A DNA stretch of 64,000 nt from contig OX597814.1 in assembly GCA_951406725.2 (NCBI GenBank), forward strand, positions 62,000,001 to 62,064,000. The letters are read 5' to 3'. The translations under genes and the position numbers were made by a program. The notes under the pieces were generated by a model. That model did no database searches, had not been told where the DNA came from, and saw only the letters and a list, made by a program, of their open reading frames with translations. Below, piece by piece: positions 41,166-53,199 of the stretch; the stretch's first letter is position 1, and every line of letters begins with the position of its first letter. The DNA is from Octopus vulgaris. Lineage: Eukaryota.

Positions 41166-42028
41166 AAAAGAATGTGTGTGTGTGTGTTATAATTTAGAAC
41201 AAACAGTAAGCTGTCATTATATAGTACTCGGAATATATATATTAATGGTGAGATTAACAGATGGAAACATTCAATATTATTAACAACTCATCCAAGATAT
41301 TTTGGTCAATTAGAAGGCAAGAAAATGCAGTCAATACTGGTCCATATTGTTGACCTCTATGGGGTAAAAATGAAATTGGCCTACACCACCCACACCTGAG
41401 GGGTGTAATTGTAAACATAAAGAACTAAAACTACAAAGTTTCGAGCTTTTGGTCTCATCTCGATCGTTTCTGGTCAACTTATCTGAATTGAAATTCAAGA
41501 TTATCAGGGAAAATGCATTCTACAGGTTAAATTGCGACGAAATTGTATTTTGCATTTATTCAATAGAAAATGTAACTTTTCTAAAAATGCATGCTATTTT
41601 AGTCAGCATAAAAGCTGGCTCTTTTTCGAAGTGCAATAGAAAAGTCCTTGGGATTGATATAAAAAAATAAAATAATCAGGATCATGTTTAGGCACTGAAG
41701 AGGAATTAAAAATCGACTGAAAGATGCAAGTATGACTATTAACTCAGACAAACGTATCATTAACAGTAGGAAGGTTTTTTTGGGTAGGGTGGGGGGAGAT
41801 TCCTTTCAACGGAAGACGTTTCTACAAAAAATAAGGAAGAATTAAAATTATTTTTAGGATTGGTAGATGTTTATTGTCAACTTTTGCCAAAATGTTTTTA
41901 AATAGTCAAACTATATGTGACATTGCACAAGAAAACTGTCAAATTTACCGAGACAAATGGTTGACAAAAAGCACTCAAAAATTTAAAAACGGTATGAGCT
42001 GGGAATCCTGTCATGAAGATAATTATTG

Positions 42029-42247
42029 ATTTCAAATTTTGGCACAAGGCCAGTAAGTTCGGGGGAGGGGTAAGCCGATTATATTGATCCTAGTGTTTGA
42101 CTGGTAATTATTTTATCAAACCCGGAAGGATGAAAGACAAAGTCGACCTCAGTGGAATTTGAACTCAGAACGTAGTCAGACGAAATGTCGCCCAGCATTT
42201 TGCCCGGGGTGCTAACAATTCTACCAGCTCGCTGCATTAATTTTGTA
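42029..42247 (-). mobile_element. SINE family B with ~13-bp TSD
   Basis: Flanks AAGATAATTATTG / AAGATGATTATTG; CpG-intact. Further fragments at about 46915, 47655, 47900, 49578 and 59220. Confidence 0.88.
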
Positions 42248-43134
42248 AAGATGATTATTGCCAGCAAAGATGCTGCCACAATGACGTCCAATTGTATATA
42301 AAGAATTTATTACAAGATAACCACCAGTGTTTTTTTATATAACACAGATTCTCTATCAAAACATTCTAACATTTGTATTTATTTTTAATTCGTAGCAGTT
42401 GTGATAAATGTCATAACAGTTACAGTTGAGTAAAATCATCTTGCGTCAATTTCTTTCAATGTGCCTGGTAATGACAATGCAACATGCACCTTTTTTTGTT
42501 TTTGCGATCAGCCTTCTCAACTTCCCACATGCAACCTTTATCCCAAATTCTTACCAATCACAATTATGCCGTCACATCGGGTGGCCTCTGCTTATTACAT
42601 TTAACAGAATAATGATTCAATATGAGAAGAGACAACTGGAAACGATATTTCTGTCGTTACAAGAAACAAAATTAGAACTTTGATTCATGCAGGATCAAAT
42701 AAGCGAAGATTATGGCAATAGTGGTGACGGTGCCTCACTCGAACTATTGCAGTTTCGAGTCTCCATTCACTGTCGCCAGGCCTAGCATATTCGAATCATA
42801 TACTCTCTGGTTTAGGCATACAAAATCTACAAATGACAGAGAGTGGTAAGGATTTTGACATTCATCAATGAAATAAATACTACGCAGCGTATAATCTATT
42901 AAACATACTCTTACATATTGTTTTAGATTAAAAGCTTAAATGATGTGTGTAATTGTTGCTAATGGTGATGTTTAACAGTAGATATGCTTTGAACGGGTAA
43001 ATCTATGATCAAAAACGTTACAGTTGAGAACAGGGGGTGCAAGCACATTCCCTAGCGAGAAAGAGAGAGAGGGAGATGCAGATAGCGTTTGTACGGTCAG
43101 AGTAAAGATACATCAACAGCAAGAAAAGTAAATA

Positions 43135-44009
43135 CCGTAAATCTTCGAGTATAATCCGCATTTTTTCCCAAAAAAGTTTAAAGGTCAAAATCCCCAGTGC
43201 GTACTATATACGAGGTTAAAAATGAAAAATATTTTCTAAGCAATATCCGAGTCTCTGTTTGCTGTCCGGCAATGTTTATTCAGACGCATTTTGTGATGTC
43301 GGGTGCGAAAATACCTTAAGCTAAGCTGAAAGCAATGAAGAATCATCTATAACTTACAGTAAGCAACATTTATTCAAATAAAAGTATTCAGAACACAGAA
43401 TAACATGTAACAAGGATCTTTTCGGTTTGAACGGCAGTTTTTAACATAATTTCTAGGTAACTAAAAAAATTTTAAACTTCGTATACTGGTAGAATGAGTT
43501 TATAAAACATCTTTTTCTCTTGGCTTTATTGAGAAAATTCTATAGTTAGTAAGATATTTGTTGTTTTTTCTTCAATTTCTGCAATTTCAACCAATCAATG
43601 ACGTCTTTTGAGTTAAAAAGCATTCTGTGCCGTATGAATATGTCCCTCGTTTAAGAAACAGATTGGGTTTATTTACATTTGTGAAGAAAAAAAGATACCC
43701 TTCCCCCACCCCTAACCTTAAAACAGATTGAAATGCAATAGATCGATTCTAGGCTCATAATTATGGGTGACAATTTCATATGACACCGCTAGAAAAAACT
43801 GCCGTTCAAACCGAAAAGATCCTGTAGCAAAAACAATTTGCAGACATATTCACATTCCCATATAACAGTTAAGAACATCACCATTAGTGTATTACGCATG
43901 CGCGGAAGTATTTGTTCGAATAGGTGCTGCTAGCTTAATTATGCACAATTCAAGTTAGAGAAGGGGTGCGTATAATACTCAAGGGCGGACTATACTCGAG
44001 GATTTACGG
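43135..44009. mobile_element. pogo/Tc2-like MITE hosting a nested insertion
   Basis: TA|CCGTAAATCTTCGAGTATAATCCGC ... GCGGACTATACTCGAGGATTTACGG|TA; 25-bp TIR with 2 mismatches. Confidence 0.9.
43414..43822. mobile_element. Nested MITE with GG termini and 8-bp TSD (Merlin-like?)
   Basis: Perfect TIR GGATCTTTTCGGTTTGAACGGCAGTTTTT; flanks TGTAACAA / TGTAGCAA; 409 bp. Confidence 0.88.
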
Positions 44010-45609
44010 TATAAACAAACATCTGAACTGAAATGAGCTTTGTTGCTGAAAACTATAGTGATGGTGGTGGTGTGTTGATAATGAAAAGAATTTTTTTAAT
44101 TCTGTTATTCTTCTACCTATTTGTTCATACTTTTTACGCTTTAGTTTGTTAGAGAGGAAGAAGGAATGTGAGAGTGAGTGAGAGAGCAGTTAGCCAGCCG
44201 ATGTATTATGCTGTCACTCGTATAGTAAGTGGAAGGAAGTGAGAGTGAAACGAAAGAGTGAAATATTAAAAACATGAAGAAATATTAAAAACTTTGTTGA
44301 AGAAGTAGAGAGAAAGAGAGAAATATCAAGTGCTTAGCAGACGGAAATTTTTAAATAATAATATACTATTGTGACTGAAAGTGAAATAACTTAGGAAAAT
44401 AAAAATGCAAATCATCCTTTCTTTCTTTAATGGTTTCTCTTAATCTTTTTCGTTCTGTGGAATTTCCATGGGTCCCACTACTTAGTTCATATCACGCGAG
44501 CCGCATACTCTTGAAGTAAGACAAAGCCTTTTTTTCGTAAGTAGTGCTTATTTGACAGGATTATTTCACGACATAATTTATGATGTAATAATCTATTGTA
44601 ATCTCAATAACCTACTTCTTGATCACATGATTTTATTAACTTGGATTTTAAACCCAAACAAAGTTGACATCATGACTCAGTATTTCGATAGTCATGAGAT
44701 TACAATATTTACTGCGTAGTGAAAAGTCTGATTTATCTCATTGTAGTTTTTACACGAAATATTTTTTATGGACTTATACTAAATCAAATAATTCATAAAA
44801 CAAGACATAAAATTTATTGCAGTAAATGTTTTAATACAAAAATTAAACATTAATGGAAAGAGCAGAGGAGATCTATACCGCAACGAAACTTTGGGAACTA
44901 TCGAAATTTTATAATTATAAATAAATTTCTTTGAAAAGAATTTTTAAAAAGTTGTGGTGCATCACGAAATACGGTGTTTACTGACCACATGCTGTTGTAT
45001 TTTTGAGTTGTATTGGTAGAATCGTTAGAGTGTTTGGATAAATTGCAGAATGAAGTCTTACTGCTTTGAGTTCATCCTCCCGGATACAAGTTCCAATCAA
45101 GTACAGGATCGATTTGAATGGAACATAATGGTATAAAAGACGTTCATTGTTGTATTTTTATGTGTTTGTTCTCCGAAAGAAATCGGCCGCGTTCAAACCT
45201 GAAGAGGTTTCTCCAGATTCTATATGTTCTCTCTCTCTCTCTCTCTCATGCGTAATTGAAATTATCAAATCTATATGCTATTAAACCAGCGATGTTTTGA
45301 GCTAGGGAGGAGAAAGTGAAAGTTAGATAGAGAATTGTAAGAAAGTTGAGTAAGAGTGGGAGTTAAAGTAAATATGCAAGAGAAAGCGCAGACAGTTGTG
45401 AGAACGAAAGTAATATGGAGGGGGGAAAGGAAAAATTTGAATATAAAGCAGAATTCTTTCCTTCTCTCTCTCTTTCTCTGCGTTGAAAGGTCTTTTTGAA
45501 GTGTATCTTGGTAGACATAAAACAATAGCATGATTAGTTTTAAAATATTTATTTGATGCATGATCAGAAAAATTGCTATGATCTTCGTATATACGTATGC
45601 ATGTATATA

Positions 45610-46870
45610 CGAGGGGCGTTCAATAAGTAATGCCCCTGACCCACTTCCCATAGCAGTAGAGTAACGACACTTGGCACAGTTATTAGTCTTTTCCTACATA
45701 GGAACTACCCAGAGTTATGCATTTCTCCCATCGTTTGATACAGCTCTGGAGACCGTTTTTGTAGAAGACCCCAGCTTGGTCCTCCAACCACGACGTGACT
45801 TCAGAAATCAAGGCTGCATCATCTGGGAAACGCTTTCCTTTCAAAATCAACTTCATGGCTGGGAAGAGGTGAAAATCAGAGGGTGCAAGGGGGGGAGTTC
45901 ATAGCTGCACGCCTGTGCTTCTGATCTGGCGACACGCTAGTTGTGGACCGGAGCGTTGTCCTGCAGGAGGAGGATGCCTTTGCTGATCTTGCCCCGCCTC
46001 TTGATTTTGATAGCTTCTCTTAATTTCCTCAAAAGTGAAGCATAATAGGCTCCTGTAATTGTGGTACCCTTTGCCAGGAAATCTGTCATCACTACTCCGT
46101 CCTGGTCCCAGAAGACTGTGAGCATAACCTTGTCAGCGGAGGGCTGCACCATTGCCTTCTTTGGAGGAGGTGAGTCACGGTGCTTTCACTGCATTGACTG
46201 GGCTTTGGTCTCTGGATCATAGTGATGGACCCAGGTTTTATCCTGTGTGATCAGTCTTTTGAAAAATTTTGACTCATCTTCTTGGCACATCTCCAAATTC
46301 ATCCTCGAGCACTCAACGCGTTCTTGCTTCTGGAAAGGTGTGAGCAACCTGGAAATCCATCTGGCAGACACCTTTTGCATATGCAAATGGTCATGAATGA
46401 TAGTTTCCACAGACCCGGTACTAATCTTGACCTTATGGGCTATTTGGCGAATAGTTATGCGTTGACCTTCCAAAATGGCAGCCTCAACTTGACAGACAGA
46501 CGTCTCATCAACGGCAGAAGGGGGCGACCAGATCTGGGAGCTGTTTCCACGGAGTTCCGACTATGTTTGAATTCACAATGCCAGCGTTTTACAAGGTCAT
46601 ATGATGGGGCATCATCACCATAAGTTACTTTCATTTCATCAAAAGTCTCCCGTGGTGTGCGTCCTTTCAAATACAAAAACCAGATCACTGCTCGACACTC
46701 AACAGGCTCCATTTCACACTTGACTCAGTTCAAACACCTGTAAATCAGAAACCACAATTAGTTCAGAGCTGTAATTCGCCACTTAATCTATAGAGGTATA
46801 AATAAGTGCACATGCAAAATTTCAAACAACTGCAAGTGGGTCAGGGGCATTACTTATTGAACGCCCCTCG
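45610..46870 (-). mobile_element. Mariner transposon with intact ends and defective transposase
   Basis: TA TSDs; perfect 37-bp TIR CGAGGGGCGTTCAATAAGTAATGCCCCTGACCCACTT; transposase pieces from 46712 to 45683 (SGRP, VSARWI, ITQDKTWVHHYDPE, KVMLTVFWD, LLQDNAPVH, LAPSDFHLF); frameshifts, a stop, and loss of the HPPYSPD motif. Confidence 0.96.
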
Positions 46871-48970
46871 TATATATATATATATGTAGTATGTCAATAT
46901 TTGAGTACGTATAGAACGACGAGATAGCTGAATCATTAGCACGCCGGGCAAAATGTCTTTATGTTCTGAGTTCAAATTCCTTTCCTCCTTGTTTCTATAT
47001 AAAACATCACACTTTATGCCTGTTTTTATAAATGTTCCCTCAGCCACTGCCTTGGTAATAAATAAATAAAAAATCACGATTGTTGTTGTTTAAAATTAAT
47101 AGTGAAATTTAAACAAAATTGAGCATAAGAAACTAACACAAATAAGTCTGTTGCATGCATTGAGATAAATCAAGTAGGCGTTCATGCACTGAACGACATA
47201 CGCAAAAGTGCCTAGATGAATGAAAATTTGCTTTTTAGAGAAAACAAAATCAATAACCTAGCGATGAGGAAGTTATTTCAAGAAATTTAAAACTAATCAA
47301 AACATTTTCATTCACAAATCTGACTTTTGTAAGCGAGAATGATGACAGCAATAAACAGATTTTCATTTTTATTGGGCTTCAACAGCGGAACATAGTCAAC
47401 CCGAATCTTCTTGATGAGTAGACGATAATTTTTATATAGAGAATTTTGGCAAGCAAAAATTCACATAATGTATTACAAAATTGAGCTAAAGAAAAGTCTG
47501 CTGTCTGTGTGTATGCGTGGGCGCGCAACATGCAATCTATAGCCGTTAGTTTTCGCTTTATTTTTTATTATCTCTTACTGAGCGAGAAATTTCACTTGTT
47601 TAAGATTTTTATCCACCTTCATTCAGCACATCAGCAAAGACGTTTTTTCCCACTTTACATTCTGAGTTCAAACTCCGCCAAGGTCCAATGAAATAAGTCC
47701 CGGCGAGGCACTAGTCGATGTAATCAACTAGTTCACTCCCTTCAAAATTTCAGTCCTTGTGCCTATTGTAAAAAGCAAATTGTGATGAATATGAAGAGTC
47801 AACGCCGAGAACTTGGAAACAGAGTTATCGCGCTTAGATGAATGAACGAATGCAGCTCAATCAATTTTGATGAATAAAAGCCGATTGCTCGATTAACAAT
47901 GGCGGCGAGCTGGCAGAATAAGATACTGTCAGCTTGATTTCTTTTATTTAGGCACATAGCTTCAGTTTAGTTATATAAATAAGTAAATAAAAATAAGTAA
48001 ATAAAAATTAAGGGGGAGATAGGGACATTGGGTATTTGGCGAAGAAAGTGTTTTATGGTCGAAGTTGTAGTGGATCTAGCATGCATGAAGTGGATTCGAT
48101 CCACCATAGCCAAATTTAAATTAACACTGCAACGGAACTTTTCCCAGGATGGAACAATGGTTTTCTCTGACAGCAGTTTTACATTTTCTAGCTGCCGTTA
48201 GCTGGGCCAAAATGTCTTCACCACTTGACCCTTTCTAACCTCTTCTACTTCGCCAAATGCTAGAATAGAGATAACAAGACCACCAACTAAATCTATTGTT
48301 CTCAATGATATGTCTATCCTTCTGGATAGTTATAAAAGCAAGCACACCCCAAGCAAAAATCAGTTAGTCACAGTCGGTGACGACTTAATCAGTTAGTCAC
48401 TTTGGTGACATGGAAGTCTGGCTGACCAGCTAGAACCTTTGTCAGAGGATGAAATGAAGTTTACTGTCAGCAACTGTGAGACAACGTCCCACACCCTACA
48501 ACTCTACTAGCTTTAATTCTGTTCTCTTACAACATCATTCTATCTGTCTCTGTAATTACTACTAAACAATGAAGAGGATACAAACTTTACTTCGCATGCT
48601 TTTGGATTTATTATAACCTGCTCGTCGAGGCAAGGTATTGTAACGTAACGGTAAATAAATATTTCCTTAAAACTTCATGCATTGTTCATCTTTTACATCC
48701 TACAGTATGCAATTATAATAACAAAGTTTTATCGTTACAACTGCTGACTCCGACATCATCATAATATTGTGTACCTAAAAATATTTATCGTTACAAAGTA
48801 CTTGACCGCATAGAAGAAACTTTAACTGAGGTGATACAAAGGTGGATTTTGCCTGGGTCTCATAGTCAGCGATGGATGGTGAGCATATAATTGTTTGTTT
48901 CATATCTGCATGAGTATCTCTGGCGTAAGTCCACTGAGAAAAGAAGACATTTGTTCACTTTCTGGCGTTA

Positions 48971-49165
48971 AAAACATTCTGTGTCGTATGAATATGTCCC
49001 TCGTTTAAGAAACAGACTGGGTTTATTTACATTTGTGAAGAAAAAAAAGATACCCTTCCCCCACCCCTAACCCTAAAACAGATTGAAATGCAATAGATCG
49101 ATACTAGGGTCATAATTATAGGGGACAATTTCATATGACATCGCTAGAAAAAACCGAAAAGATCC
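48971..49165 (+). mobile_element. Partial second copy (right half) of the 43414-43822 MITE
   Basis: Near-identical to about 43617-43822; ends in a shortened TIR ...aaaccgaaaagatcc. Confidence 0.85.
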
Positions 49166-50169
49166 AAAATTTGAATTTGTGTTAATTTTTTTCCATACTC
49201 TTTCTAAAAGAAATTTTAGCATTTCCTTCAGTTTTGTGAGATTTGGCTGTTATCTCTAGCATGTAGATAGCTTGCTTGAAGGCCAAGGCCAGAGAATTCA
49301 AATTTTGAAAATGCGATTTTTGAACATTTTTTTTTTTTTTCAGAATTGGATCCTCCATAGCCCAAAACGTAGGATTCCATTTAAAAAATCAATATATACC
49401 CATTTACCCAAAAAGTTATGACAAAAAATCGGATCGAAAGTCCTCTCCCGACCCACCAGGTTCGTTTGCGCAAAATGTTTTTGTCATATTCGTTTTCTAC
49501 ACAATTGTTAATACTCAGCAGGCTGTTTTGTTTTGTTTGTTAGTTTTTTGTTAACGGTTGAAGATCTTTATATTAACCCAAATTCCGCCGAGGTCAACTT
49601 TACTTTTCATCCTCTAGGGGTCAATTAAATAAGTACCAGTTACGCACTGGAGTCGGTGTGATCGACTAATCCCCTCCCAACAAATTTCAGGCCTTGTGCT
49701 TATAGCAGAAAAGATTAACAATGGAACTACCTAAACATTATATTAAGTGTGTTTGAGCATTCCACAGATATTTGCATTATTCACATAATCTGAGTGTTAG
49801 CGTGTATCATTCACCCAGGTCTTCGAATTACAGATACAGTCTACTCAACACAAGTACCGCGAACTAGGATCGAACCTAGATTATTATGTTCGGGGAGTAA
49901 AACTCTTAACATCATTTCCCAGAAGCGTAACCATAACAAAAGCGGCACTGACGGAAATTAATGGCTTCTGAAAAGAAGAATAATTTCATTAGCCGGATTA
50001 AAATTGACAACCGATTTTATATGCTTTCCAAAGAGCGAATATCACTTTAATATAACAATTATAGCTGAAAATAATAAAGCGAACATTTTAAAATGTTAAA
50101 TCTTTCTGATATTGATATTAAAAGTAAAGTTATTGATGACAATAAATCTATGTAAAGTTATTTCATTTT

Positions 50170-50230
50170 GCACCGGATATAGTATCGTTGTTCTACCAAC
50201 ACGTGTTGGGCTCTGTCAACATTATCAGGT
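50170..50230 (+). promoter_or_regulatory. Candidate POLR1H promoter and non-coding first exon
   Basis: ACCGGAT ETS-like site, 14-bp palindrome CCAACACGTGTTGG with an E-box (50196-50209), then donor CAG|GTATTT at 50229; lies near the right edge of the CpG-retained domain. The coding exon begins at an acceptor, so an upstream exon is required. Confidence 0.45.
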
Positions 50231-50794
50231 ATTTAAAGAAATCTTTTCACATAATACGTGCATTATTTCAATATTTAAATACTGATCATGAAATCAATGA
50301 TGGAAAGTTATATTTGTTGTTCCTTTCTCTTGGGTTGTATTGCAATGAATATAATTTAATTATCTTTAAACCAACTGTTTCTACGCAGTAGAAATATGCT
50401 AGAAATAGCTGTAAAATTTCTCCCTAAATCATATCCAATCATCGTCATAAAAAAAGTGACACATTAGATAAGTAATTTTTTTCGGGAATAACCATGTAAA
50501 AAAAAAACAGTTATGTACCCAGATTTGTAAAATATAATTCGGTTTTATTACTATATATGAAGTTAATCGCCTAAAGCTACTTAATTACCTTGAAATATAT
50601 CAATGAAAAATGTCTTAATGAATTTATGATCCTTCATAGATTATTTTGAAAAGATAATTTTCTTCAACAGAGCTACCGAAACTTTTAACTTAACATTATC
50701 CTGTGACTTTTATTGAAGTAGACTGGTCTAGACCACAAATATTTTAGATTTATATGCTAATTTTTGTTTTTCTTTTAATATAAACTGACATTAA

Positions 50795-50941
50795 GGTGTC
50801 GAGCTGTCAGAATCGTTAGTCTTAACGTTCTAAGTTTAAATTCCGCCGGGGTCGATACAATAAGTACCAGTTGAACATTGAGGTCGAGGTAAACGACTTT
50901 CCGCTTCTGAAATTGTTCGCCTTCTGCCAGAATTTGAAACC
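50795..50941 (+). mobile_element. SINE family B, internally deleted
   Basis: Flanked by an imperfect 18-bp TSD AATATAAACTGACATTAA / AATATAGGCTGAGATTAA. Confidence 0.8.
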
Positions 50942-51169
50942 AATATAGGCTGAGATTAATATAAAGTTACTAAACTCGTACTGGCATGAAAAAGTAGATG
51001 TAAAATGATGGTAGCATGGAATTGTAAATAATTTTCTAAATTATTTATAATTCCATGTTATTCCTGATGCTCTGAGTTATCTCGGTATGAAAATGTGTGT
51101 GTGTGTATATATATAACTTACTGAGAGCCACAAACTAAATTTGTGGCTGGTGCAAAGTCTCAACCAGTC

Positions 51170-53187
51170 CTAGCGTGACATAGTGGTGGAATAGTATAGC
51201 TGACAGAGCCATTAGAGCAAAGAAGCAGGACTGAAAGAGTGGTCATAACAAGGAACTACATCAGGTAGTTAGAAGGGAAGCTAGGAGGCAGGTATACCTC
51301 GCCAATGAGGGAAGCAGAAAGGAAAAAGTTTGCCAATGTTCTGCAGCATGAGGACCAGCAGCTTGAAGTGTGTCAGGAAAAATTGTGATGTTGTTGGACA
51401 GAAGTGCATTTGCATAGATGATGGTTCACTTGCAGCTAATGCCGCTATGAAAGGCTGCTAAATGAAGAGAACTCATGGGAAGAGTGTCTGCCCAAGGTGG
51501 ATCCAACAGAGGGACCAGTTATCCAAATAGACAGTATCTTGGTAGATAAAGCCATGAAGGATATGAAGACAAGAAACCCTTGGACCACCAGGAATCACTG
51601 CTGAAATGCTTAAAATATCTGGGTTATGGTCTCCTCTTCCATATAGTCAATAAGGTTGTATACGAGGGAATCATACCCAATGATTGGTGCCATAGCACCA
51701 CCATAATCAACTGCTACAAAAGCAGAAGTGACACCTTAGACAGAAATAATTACAGAGATATCTTAGCGGTTCAGCAAAAGAGACCGATAGAATAAGTACT
51801 GGGCTTACAAAAGAATAAGTCCCGGGGTCGAGTTGCTTGATTAAAGGCGGTGCTCCAGCATGGCCGCAGTCAAATGACTGAAACTAGTAAAAGAGTATAT
51901 TAAATTGTTAGATCAGGTGATGAAAGTTATAGAGAGGGCCCAACTAATTAGAAAGAGAATTAGGCTAGATGAAATGCAGTTTGGTTTTGTGCCAGAGAGA
52001 AGCACCACTTAGGCTATATCCCTGGTAAGGCTGCTGCAGGAGAAGTACCTTACCAAAAATAAACTTTTGTTGACATGGAGAAAGCCTTCGCCAGGGTCCC
52101 CACTCCCATATCTGGTGGTCAATGTGGAAACTAAGGATAGATGAGTGATTGATGAGAGCTGTACAAGCCATGTACAGGGACACTCAGTAAGGTGAGGGTT
52201 GGCAACGAGTAGTGATGAATTCAGCCTACAGGTAGGAGTTCAAGGATCAGACCTCAGTCCCGTCTTGTTCATCATAGTCCTTCAAGCAATAACAGGAATT
52301 TAAGTTAGGCTGTCCCTAGGAGCTCCTTTATGCTGATGACCTTGTTCTTACATAGCTGAATCACCACCAGAACTGGAGAAAAACATTTCAGGAGTAGAAG
52401 CAAGGTCTGGAATCAAAGGGCTTGAGAGTTAATTTAGCAAAAACCAAAGTTCTTAGTTAATAGGAACGCTAGCAAATCACAAATCCATTCAGGTAGATGG
52501 CCCTGCTTGATCTGTAGAACAGGCATAGGTAGAAATTCCATAAGGTGTACCCAGTGCAAACTATGGACACATAAGAGATGTGGAAGGTTTACAAGGAAAA
52601 TAGTCTTTGTGTGTGGCAGATGCACTGGTACAGTAAGCACTGGAAATATACAGAAAATAGACTCCAAATGCCAGTGGAGTTACCTATAAGCAGTTGATAG
52701 CTTTTGTTATGTAGGTGACCAAATCAGCAGTGGAGGGGATGCTCCAAGAGCATAGCTTCTAGAATAAGAATAGGTTGGGTAAACTTCAGAGAGCTTCTAC
52801 CTTTGTTGGCAACAGAAGGCCTCTCCCTTAGAGTGAAAGACCGATTGTATACCTGTGTGCAAACAGCCATGCTACATGGCAGTGAAACATGAGCTATGAA
52901 TGCAGATGTCATGTGAAGACTTGAAAGAAATGAATCGAGTATGCTCCACTGGTTGTGCAATGTCAATGTACAACTGAGTGTTAGCATCTTAGAGAGAAAA
53001 GTTGAGCATAACAGGCATCAGATGTGGTGTGCAAGAGAGACGTCTGCATTGGTATTGTCATGTGATACATATGGATGAGAACAGCTGTGTAAAGAAGTGC
53101 TGATCTCTAACTGTGGAGGAATCTGTGGAAGAGGTAGACCCAAGAAGACATAATCTTCAAACCGTTTGACCCATGCCAGCATGGAGG
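51170..53187 (+). mobile_element. Decayed RTE-clade LINE interrupted by a SINE fragment
   Basis: IPNDW, RNNYR, QFGFVP, DMEKAF, QGSDLSP, LLYADDLVL, MLHGSET and RGRPKKT fragments; 3' end cccatgccagcatgga. Confidence 0.9.
51762..51897 (+). mobile_element. 5'-truncated SINE family A inserted in the RTE ORF
   Basis: Splits the YRxI|KLLDQVMKV coding segment; near-identical to 40745-40880. Confidence 0.9.
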
Positions 53188-53199
53188 GGTAAAATTAGT

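Noticed and set aside
49064-49076. Telomeric CCCTAA repeat
   Set aside because: Only two units, internal to a MITE.
49845-49915. tRNA gene (GGTTCGATCC B box on the - strand); similar at about 39810-39865
   Set aside because: No full cloverleaf or acceptor stem; best explained as SINE heads.
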